Source of the DNA: Octopus sinensis
Taxonomy: Eukaryota
Direction: 5' to 3'
NCBI RefSeq assembly: GCF_006345805.1
Contig: NC_043021.1
Location: 2,852,001-2,916,000 of the forward strand
DNA length: 64,000 nt
In this document: piece by piece, positions 54,240 through 64,000 of the stretch
How the letters are laid out: each line of letters opens with the position of its first letter
Numbering within the stretch: the first letter of the stretch is position 1
The notes under the pieces: model-generated
Seen by the model: the letters and a program-made list of their open reading frames with translations, nothing else
Told to the model about the DNA's origin: nothing
Databases searched by the model: none
Program-made: the position numbers and the translations under genes

Positions 54240-54621
54240 TGGAAGCACTCCGTCGGTTACGACGATGAGGGTTCCGGTTGATCCGAATCAACGGAACAGC
54301 CTGCTCGTGAAATTAACGTGTAAGTGGCTGAGCACTCCACAGACACGTGCACCCTTAACGTAGTTCTCGGGGATATTCAGCGTGACACAGAGTGACAAGG
54401 CCGGCCCCTTGAAATACAGTACAACAACAGGAAACAGGAAGTAAGAGTGAGAGAAAGTTGTGGTGAAAGAGTACAGCAGGGATCACCACCATCCCCAGCC
54501 GGAGCCTCGTGAGCTTTAAGTGTTTTCGCTCAATAAACACTCACAACGCCCGGTCTGGAATCGAAACCACGATCCTATGACCGCGAGTCCGCTGCCCTAA
54601 CCACTGGGCCATTGCGCCTCC
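54240..54621 (-). mobile_element. tRNA-derived SINE family A
   Basis: Reverse complement of 2123-2512. TSD AATTAAACTGA. Inserted ~40 nt from a hemopexin exon donor. Confidence 0.88.
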
Positions 54622-54660
54622 TAAATTAAACTGAACAAGCATATCAAAGGACTGACTTAC

Positions 54661-54812
54661 TTTGAATACAAACACTCGCTCTACGTGTTCAAAATCTTTC
54701 ATGATCATGGCAGCGTCCGGTTTACTGAACACCTCATCACTGTGAGTTTTGGGGTAGCCGTAGTTTAAGTAGAACTTACCACCACTTAGAGAATACGACC
54801 ATACCTGGTTGT
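54661..54812 (-). CDS. Hemopexin-repeat gene exon (DNQVWSYSLSGGKFYLNYGYPKTHSDEVFSKPDAAMIMKDFEHVERVFVFK)
   Basis: Polypyrimidine tract plus acacag| acceptor, donor |gtaagt. GYPK, PDAA and terminal FVFK are hemopexin-blade motifs. Phase 1 to 0. Confidence 0.85.
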
Positions 54813-55841
54813 CTGTGTATTTAAAGAGTAAAAAGAAAAAAGAAATCAGTCGATGCGGTCCTGTCTGTTGATATGCATTTCGTTGTAAGAAGTTTGCTTT
54901 CTAACTACATGGTTCCTCGGGCAAGTGAGCTTTTGTATAGCCCCAGGTCGATCAAAGCCTTGTGAGTGGATTTGGTAGACAGAAACTGAAAGAAGCCCAT
55001 TGTATATACCTATAATATAAATCCCGTTCTATGTGTGTGTGTGTGTAAAAGATTATAACTGCCGTATTTTCCAACTGATTTTCTTCAGACTGGAAACATA
55101 CATTACTTATGTTACAGAGATGGTTTGAGACTTAAAGTTTTTCACGCAATGAGTAACGGGGCCGCTGGGGGTAGAGACTACCCCTTCATGGGTTACGTGA
55201 AGAAGGGAGGTAACTCTCTGCGAAGTAATTTTACAGTATTGTTGACTTGTGTAGTTATGTTGAACACCTGCTGTCGCGTGTAGGACGAACCGGGCTATAG
55301 GTCGACTCCATCGTAAAGTTCACTGCACCGCCTCCCTTTGGCCGGAAGGTGCAAACAATTTTATCTGTCTGATGGCTATGGCAAAAAAGGTTGTGCGATG
55401 GACGTGATTTAAAGGGCTGAAGACAGGCACTTTTATCTTCGGGCCAAGCCCTTATCAACAGCTGGAAAGCAAATGAGGGTGGAGAGCGAAGTGCTATAGC
55501 TCAGTAAATTTGTTAAAAGTAGTGAGAGTGGCTCGAGTAAGTGGATCCACTCTAAGCATGCAGCTGTAGGCTGGAATTTACTGAAGAGAGAGGAACACTT
55601 ACAATCGTGCATCTGGTGAGCAGGGTAACTCGGGATCTGCGAGGTTCCTCAGTCGCCCTTGGCTGGTACGCCCCCTGTTGTCATTTTATTGTTGTTATTG
55701 CTTTTATGGTTTACAAGTGTTTTATATAGACTCCACTGTCCTTTATTTTGTGTCATCCTCGTGTTTTGTGTGCGACGCTTGCGTCCAATAAAGAAAGAGT
55801 TATCGTTTTTTATGAATTAAGGTATTGCTTTTTTGCCTTAC

Positions 55842-55866
55842 CCGTGAACAACAATGCTTTTTGAGT
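55842..55866 (-). CDS. Hemopexin-repeat (MMP-like) gene, exon truncated by assembly gap (...TQKALLFT)
   Basis: Minus strand ACT CAA AAA GCA TTG TTG TTC ACG G|gtaagg. Phase 1 matches the next exon, giving LLFTDNQVWSY (hemopexin FF.G..YW pattern). Upstream part lies in the N gap. Confidence 0.65.
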
Positions 55867-55966
55867 NNNNNNNNNNNNNNNNNNNNNNNNNNNNNNNNNN
55901 NNNNNNNNNNNNNNNNNNNNNNNNNNNNNNNNNNNNNNNNNNNNNNNNNNNNNNNNNNNNNNNNNN
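55867..55966. other. Assembly gap (100 N)
   Basis: Run of N. Confidence 0.99.
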
Positions 55967-55978
55967 TAGAGTACTGAC

Positions 55979-56085
55979 TAATAATAATAATAATGATAAT
56001 AATAATAATAATATAATAATAATAATAATAATATGATGATGATGATGATGATGATAATAATAATAATAATAATAATATAATAATA

Positions 56086-56116
<31 letters not shown>

Positions 56117-56141
56117 TAATAATATAATGATAATAATAATG

Positions 56142-56174
<33 letters not shown>

Positions 56175-56339
56175 TAATAATAATAATAATGATGATAATG
56201 ATTGATAATGTAATAATAATAATAATATAATAATAATAATAATAATAATAATGATGATAATGATAATAATAATAATATAATAATGATAATAATAATAATT
56301 AATAATAATAATAATAATCATAATAATAATATAATAATA

Positions 56340-56390
<51 letters not shown>

Positions 56391-56428
56391 TAATAATAAT
56401 GATAATGATAATGATAATAATGATAATA

Positions 56429-56464
<36 letters not shown>

Positions 56465-56481
56465 TATTGATAACGATAATC

Positions 56482-56513
<32 letters not shown>

Positions 56514-56580
56514 AATAATAATAATGATAATAATAATAATAATAATGATAATAATGATAATAATAATGATAATAATAATG

Positions 56581-56611
<31 letters not shown>

Positions 56612-56622
56612 TAATAATAATA

Positions 56623-56692
<70 letters not shown>

Positions 56693-56715
56693 TATAATAA
56701 TAATAATTAATAATA

Positions 56716-56746
<31 letters not shown>

Positions 56747-56748
56747 TC

Positions 56749-56779
<31 letters not shown>

Positions 56780-56792
56780 TAACAACAACAAT
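55979..56792. repeat. (AAT/GAT)n microsatellite
   Basis: Direct reading. Confidence 0.95.
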
Positions 56793-57664
56793 GATTTTAA
56801 AGAGTGTATAAATAAAAATTGAAATATGAAATTAAAAATAAAAGATTTTAAAAAATCCTTTTCTTTTGTTTTTCTTCCTTACTAAATTTCTTCACCCAAA
56901 CAAAACAGAGTAACAAAAATAAATAAATAAATAAATATATAAATAAAAAGCAAAAATAATATGGTTTTGAATTTGTCACATAATTCAGAAATTTTCAAAC
57001 TGCAATATTTCAAGAAATTATATTGTTTTGCTGAAATGTTCAAAATAGAGCCGCTTTCTCTTTCCCCGGCCAGCTTTGTCTTGCCCTAATGATTGTACAC
57101 CTGCGTCATGTCAGTCGCAATGTGACTCACCAAACAATGTTTTTCACTGGTATTCCCCATCCCCGACCAAAATTCTACTCGTAAAGATTTCCTTTGTCAT
57201 TGAAGAGGAATTATTGCGGGAATGCTCACATTGCCATGCCGTTGAACATTCCACCAAAAGTAGATATATTTTGTTTTTGTAATTGGTTTGTAAACATTTG
57301 ATGTGAACTCGTGTGCTGAAACATATGTTGTTGTATCTGGGGTGGGTCATTATGCTAATAATGAATACACACACTGGTTTTGCTTCACTTTCTTATTATT
57401 TTTGTCAAATTAAGGCAGTGAACTCACGGAATTATTAGTATACTCTTTTACTTGTTTCAGTCATTTGATTGTGGCTATGCTGGAGCACCGCCTTTAGTCA
57501 AGCAAATCAACCCCAGGACTTATTCTTTGTAAGCCTAGTACTTATTCTATCGGTCTCTTTTGCCGAACTGCTAAGTTACGGGGGTGTAAACACACCAGCA
57601 TCAGTTGTCAAGCAATGTTGGGGGGACTAACCCAGACAGACAAAGACACACATACATATACATT

Positions 57665-57696
<32 letters not shown>

Positions 57697-58248
57697 GAAA
57701 AAACACCTTTTATTAATTCAAAATGAATAATTAAATTACACCATCTAGAAAATTACATATAACAGAAAAGTTAAAATTAAAATAACAATTAAAAAATAAA
57801 GATTAAGTAAATTACAAGAATAATATAATGTATATAATAGGTAGAAAAACGACACGTGTTTCGCTGCTATATTTAAGAAATAATTATAGTAGTAAGAAAT
57901 CACTTGCATATAAATATAGTCGCTCATCAGGTTAAAATATAATAGAACAGTAAAATAATTAATTAATAAATATACTTTCATTAACGGAATTTTTTTTTCA
58001 CTACAAATTCCGATATAATCTGAATCTATACCATCTGAAGTGTATTCATAGAAAAATTCATTCAAAAACATCCATTTTTCTGGACGTTATGAGGAAAGAA
58101 AGTCAGTAGGGAAGGGGGTACATATGTGTGGGCATGCTGCAAGCATACCTACACATGAGTGACTTCCTTCCCCGACATACTGACATATATTGTATGTATC
58201 TATAAAATGAAACTTGAAATTTCGTAAAATTGCGATGCCTGTTAGTAT

Positions 58249-58917
58249 GGATCTTTTCTGTTCGACTGCCACTTTTCAATTTTTTCACTTTTGTTCCAAT
58301 TGATTTCAAATTTGGTGTACTGATGTAGTTTTGTATGGTCGTTATTGTCATAAAATTCATTTTCACCATAATTAAATAAAGAATTAATAGCTTTTAAACT
58401 TTGCAAATTTAGGGTAATTTTACCAAATCGAAAGCCACAGACATATAAGGTGCCTGTTTCCATACTAACAAGCCAAGCGTTGGGAACTCTCCTGTATAAA
58501 CCACGAGTGTTTAGGAAAAATCATATTTCATTTGTTTACAGTTTGTTTTTTCTGCTCTTAAAACTATAAAATATGTTGTTTACTCTTTTTTTTTTTCGCT
58601 TTAAGCGCACATTGAATGTTTACTTGTCTATTTGTCCTTTTTCGCTTTTTAAATGCTTGAGACACGTGCCATCGTCGCAATGTTGACATTATTGTTTTGT
58701 CGTCTTACGATTGCAGTCACACACAAAATGACTGCTTCCAAATTCTGTTTTCTGACTGGGTAAAAATGATAAAACTTTAAATCTCTAACTTTAAAAAAAA
58801 AAAATTGCAGAAATAAGTGAATTATGCCCTGAGATTCAGTGTGAAAAATTACATCAAATTTTAAAATTTTCACTTAATTTTAAAATTTCAAAAAGTGCAA
58901 CCAAATAGAAAAGATCC
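58249..58917. mobile_element. Older GGATCTTTTC-terminal MITE
   Basis: Imperfect TIRs GGATCTTTTCTGTTCGACTGCCACTTTT / AAAAGTGCAACCAAATAGAAAAGATCC. No TSD retained. Confidence 0.6.
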
Positions 58918-61900
58918 CGTGTCTGTTTTTTTTAATTCCATTATAATCGTAATGTACACACTCTAAAAGGAATGAACACTTCATGCCTTCCGGTTACTGT
59001 ATATCATTCCTCATACGTTACCGGAAGTCCACAATAAGCATATATCTTTTAAAAATTATATCGAAGATATGACAGACTTCTTTCTGTTTCAGTCTACCAA
59101 ATCCGCCTACAATGCTATAGTTGGCCCAGGGCTTTAATAAAAGACACTTCCCCGAGGTGTCACACACTGGGACTGAACTCAACTCCAGGTGATTGGAAAG
59201 CAATCTACTTAACCACACAGCCACCACGCAGTACCTATGATTTGTTTCCCCATTATTTAACGATGTAGACTGGTGTACATGAGTCATTAATCAATCAACT
59301 AAGAACGGATCGATATTCGATTGAGTATTCTGTCTGTTGTAGCAGACGACTCACAACGAAATGTAGACTGTACGATGTCTGCGGATGCAAACGTCGATGG
59401 CTTGGTTGTGTAGTTAAGAATTTCACTTCACAATCACGTGGTTCCGGGTTCGCAGCAACACTGAGCAGCTCTATAAGCAAGTATCTACGACTGTAGGTCT
59501 TTGTTAGACAAATAAAAACTTTGCGAGTGAAATTCGGAAGACTGTGATTGTGCGGAAGACCATTGCGTGTATGTGAGATTGTATGTATGTGAGCAGGTCT
59601 TTCTCTCTCTCTGTAGTCGAGTAATATGTATCTGATTATGGCATATAACTTGTTAAAAAGTTACCGTTGATTTCATGTTCACTATTGCACTTAGCAACCC
59701 ATCAGACTTCTGTGCTCCCGGCTTTACATGCATACATACACACATACATACATACACACACACACACACATACACACACATACATACATACATACATATT
59801 CGTTTCCCTACTCGCAATTTTATCGAATGCAGCTGTGCATCGTTAACCAGATACAGGAGATGTCCTCTTAGGGTTAAAATATCACAGTAGAGTCCGCTCG
59901 AACGGACAGCCAAGTTAAAGAGTCTACGAATATATATATGTTCGTCGTGCCTGCAGGACAGGACAAGGGACATGTTTGTGTGTGTATTTCACTTACAGGG
60001 TTTATTTTTTTGTTCGTTTGCTTTGTATCATCTCAAATGGGAAAATGTCACTTGAAGGCAGCAAAATCATTGCAAGGTTCCGTGTGTTCATTTGACGCCA
60101 TTTTGATTTTGCTCAAACGCCTGCTACGAACGCGCAGGCGATGTTGTAAATATTTTCTTTAAAGTAAAATATTCAGTATCTTAGGTTTGTTTGTTTTTTT
60201 AATCAGTATCAAGGAACATCGGTTTAAACAATCATTTAGAAAATTAAATATCATGGCTAGACATAATGCAGTGAGGCAAGTGGAGAGACGTGATGAGTTT
60301 AACGCCATAAAGAAACTTATATTAGGCAAAACCAAGACAGCAAAGATGTTTTGTTTGTTCATAGTCTGCTTCGCCTTTCTACAAGAATTACTGTATATTT
60401 CATTGTGTGGGTAGGTAGATACAATTTGCCTTTTCTTCTTTGTATTTCATTTCTGCTTTTATAGACATTAAGGTTTTGTTGTAAAATCTAGAAGGTACGC
60501 GGAAATACTTTAGGTATAACTACAAAAGTGTGCTCCTTTCTGAAAATTAAATAGTTTTTAATGAAATTTTCCAGAAATATCTTTTAAATGGTGTAGATGA
60601 CGATTAAATAGGAATTTGTCGTGAACATATTTTTTGATGGGAGTGAGAGGAGGGAGTTTCGTATAATTTACACGACTCCACTTTGTTTCCTCATACGTTT
60701 TGATGCAGTAGAATTCAATTATGCTAAACAAAAAATTGTTTTGAGGACAGTTCCACCATTCTCCCTTCTGGAATTTGTCACATAAGTATTTTTTTAATAA
60801 AATGTAAATTTCCAGGCCTATTGCATGCCAAACAACCCTACTCAGCAAATTCACCACCGATAAGTTTTTTCTTTTTCTTTTTTAAATTATACCAGTATCT
60901 CTGAAAATTTTCTCTTTTTCAAAATATATTCATTTATCAAATTCCAGGAGGAAAAGGATGGAATAATCTTTAAAAGTAATTTTCTCAACATAATTTCAAT
61001 ATTATAGGTGCAGCCATAGTTGTGTGGTAAGAAGCTTGCTTCCCAACCACATAAGTTCGGGGTTCAGTCCAACTGCGTGGCATCTTGCGCGAGTATCTTC
61101 TACTATAGTTTTGGGCAGACCAAAGGTTTGTGAGTGAATTTAGTAGACAAAAACTGAAAGAAGCCCGTCGTGTATGTGTATGTGTGTGTGTGTGTGCATG
61201 TATGTCTTTGTGTCTGTTTGTCCCCCGCTACCGCTTGACAACTGGTGTTGATTTGCTTTTGGTCCCGTAACTTAGCGGTTTGTGGTCGGTTCATTCAACT
61301 AAAAGTTCTTCAAGGCAATGCCCAAGCATGACCACTGTCAAATGACTGTAACAGATAAAGGATGAAAGGTAATTGTAGTCTACATCATCAAAACACAGGA
61401 AACAAAGTCGACATGCGTGAAATATCCCGCCTCACACGCCTTTCTTTTTTTACCTTAAATTCCGATATAATCAATCGCATAATCTATATCATCTGAAAGT
61501 TTTTCGTAGAAAATTTCACTAAAAAAATACCCATTTTTTCTAAAAGTTATGAAGAAATAAAGTCGATGGGTATATACTTATGTAGTTATGCCTTTTTTTC
61601 TGTATTTCTTTTTTTATGCTTGTAAAATCAATAAGGTACAAGAAAACGCTGTACACCTTAGAAAATGGCTGTAAAATGTTTATCGTGAAATGTTCTTTCC
61701 TTTTTTTATTCATTATCTACTTATTTTATAACATGGTTGATCTCTTTTTAAATGGGCACGAAGAAAGTCTGAGATTAAATCCATCAAAGTCAAGCTTTGC
61801 CTTTCATCCTTCTGGAGTCAATTAAAATATAGCACCAGTGAAGTAGTGGCACTAATCTTATTCCTGCAATGTATCTCGGATGAGAACGAAACTATATTGG

Positions 61901-62544
61901 TTTCAAATTTTTGGCACCAGGCCAGCAATTTCGGGGGAAGGTGGGTAAATCGATTGCATCAACCACAGTGCTTATCAACACCGAAAGGCGGAATTTGAAA
62001 CTCTGGGTAATATTTCTTTCAAGTTTTGACAAAAGGCTAACAACTTCCGGTAAAGGGATAAGTCGAAAACATCGCCCTCAGTGGGTGATCGGTACTTATT
62101 TTGGCGACCCCGAAAGGATGAAAGGGCAAAGTCGACCACGGCGAACTCAGAATGTGAAGACGGACGAAACGCCGCTAAGTATTTTGCTCTGCGTGATAGC
62201 GATTCTGCCAGCTCACCACCCTATGAATGGAACTGTATTGAGAGAAGTCATTTGACGGAACAAGGAGTGAGTATATTAATCGAAAGGGGTACGGAACCAG
62301 CATGATGTGGCAGGGGTAAACCAGCATATGGTGTCGGGCCCCGCTGCTGATATTGGGGGCTGCGTTCTATACCTTGACCTGAGCATATTTCAGTTTCCGT
62401 CTACCAAATCCACTCACAAGGCATTGGTCGGCCCGGGGCTATAGCAGAGGACACTTGCCCAAGATGCCACGCAGTGGGACTGAACCCGGAACCATGTGGT
62501 TGGTTAGCAAGGTACTTACCACACAGCCACTCCTGCGCCTATCC

Positions 62545-62645
62545 AATATTTTTTTTAATGTTTCAGTAGAGGTTCCTTTTATGCTTCTTATTTCTTTAGG
62601 TAAGCAGTTGAATAGTTGAGGACCTCTAAACATCAGGCTGATACA
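62545..62645 (-). mobile_element. LINE ORF2 C-terminal fragment
   Basis: SL.FRGPQLFNCLPKEIR...LK..LD motif, interrupted by a SINE B copy. Confidence 0.6.
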
Positions 62646-62959
62646 ATAGAATAATAGATTGTACAGAATATACACATTTAATGTTTGTTTGTTGCTGTTT
62701 TCTTAGACATAAAGATCTTAAAATTTCCAGTCGTTTTCCTTTGACGTTTCACTTCGTGTGCGTGCGTGTGTATGTGTGTGTGTGTGTGTGTGTATGTGCA
62801 TGGGTATGTGTGCATGGGGGTGGAGTGGTTAGGGCTGTGATGATGCTTAAATTTTCTTTTTTTTTAACCACAAATAAAACTTTGATGTTTTACTGACTGA
62901 GCTGTAGCCTACGCTACAACTACTACCATCAACGCCACTTTCGCGACTGGTACCACTGC

Positions 62960-63130
62960 AGATACTGCTGCTGCTGCTACAGCAGCTGCTAACTACTACT
63001 ACTACTACTACTGCTGCTGCTGCTGGTACTACTACTACTACTACTACCACCATTACCACCACCACCACCACTATTTCTACTACTACTACTACCACCACCA
63101 CCACCACCACTACCACCACCACCACTATTT

Positions 63131-63168
<38 letters not shown>

Positions 63169-63277
63169 GCTACTACTACTACCACTACCACCACCACCAC
63201 TATTTCTACTACTACTACTACTACTGCTGCTGCTACTACTACTACTACCACCACCACCACCACCACCACCACTATTT

Positions 63278-63318
<41 letters not shown>

Positions 63319-63361
63319 GCTGCTACTACTACTACCACTACCACCACCACCACTATTTCTA

Positions 63362-63393
<32 letters not shown>

Positions 63394-63436
63394 ACTACTA
63401 CTACTACTACCACCACCACCACCACCACCACTATTT

Positions 63437-63478
<42 letters not shown>

Positions 63479-63943
63479 TCGCTGCTGCTTTTCTGTTATA
63501 ACTATCATCATCATCGTCACCACCACCACTACTGCCGCTTCTGCAACTACTATTATTACTACTGCTACTACCTCCACCACAGCTATTTTTCTATTACAAC
63601 AACCATCACCAACACCACTACTACTACTACTACTACTTTCTTACGATTGCCAGCATTGTTACTACTATTAATACAGACATCGCTACTACTACTACCGCCT
63701 CCACTACTTACTTGTACTACATATTACCACCGCGATAAATGCTTTCATTATCGCGACCATCTCCACTACCGCCTTCACCTCTCTTCACCACTGCTACTAC
63801 TACCACTGCTTTTTTTTTTCCCTACCACCACGACTACTACTATTAATTTTCTATCACAACTACCAACATCAACACCACCCATCCACGCCCCCCCCTGCGG
63901 TACCCACCCCCCAACGCCCAGCCCAGCTCCGCCCCCCCCCACT

Positions 63944-63975
<32 letters not shown>

Positions 63976-64000
63976 TCACCACCACCACTACTACTACTAC
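62960..64000. repeat. (CTA/CCA/CTG)n trinucleotide tract
   Basis: Direct reading. Confidence 0.92.

Noticed and set aside
55800-56750. 316-aa minus-strand ORF, and KKHCCSR as a third paralog of the PCSR exon end
   Set aside because: The ORF is (ATT)n read through the gap. The phase-compatible frame at 55842-55866 is TQKALLFT, so the CSR similarity is coincidental.
57076-57374. Cys-rich short ORFs and a gtgagt donor at ~57130 (-)
   Set aside because: Stop codons occur in the candidate frames, and there is no convincing acceptor or domain motif.
59798-59923. Possible upstream hemopexin exon on the - strand (LFNLAVRSSGLYCDILTLRGHLLYLVND...)
   Set aside because: Only vague resemblance to blade 1, weak acceptor, no clear donor, and it cannot be phased across the gap.
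62847-63431. 194-aa poly-Val ORF or Thr-rich mucin-like linker
   Set aside because: Trinucleotide microsatellite with no supported exon boundaries.

Overview
AT-rich, microsatellite- and SINE-dense eukaryotic DNA. The SINE families and repeat landscape suggest an Octopus (coleoid cephalopod) genome; this is inferred. Two intron-rich genes can be assembled by hand from GT-AG sites, and most ORF-track entries are microsatellite or transposon noise. (1) + strand: a complete 11-exon MSL3-like gene (CDS 9815-30463, 1950 nt, 649 aa, all phases consistent), with an N-terminal chromo barrel and an MRG domain split by a 270-codon Ser-rich exon. (2) - strand: the 3' part of a hemopexin-repeat protein gene, probably an MMP-type C-terminus (exons at 55842-gap, 54661-54812, 51963-52111). 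A ~3.3 kb tandem duplication (45248-51878) gives it two alternative last exons (49116-49209 and 45888-46038). These differ at 11 of 30 shared codons, none purely synonymously, while the adjacent intron is almost identical. This is the most notable signal in the window. The preceding intron carries a sense-oriented type I hammerhead ribozyme motif (50836-50920) and a ~260-nt foldback palindrome. The rest is nested DNA-transposon MITEs (8-bp TSD GG-terminal, hAT-like, piggyBac-like), Tc1 and mariner fossils, RTE/CR1/R4-Dong LINE fragments, three SINE families, local duplications and one 100-N gap.
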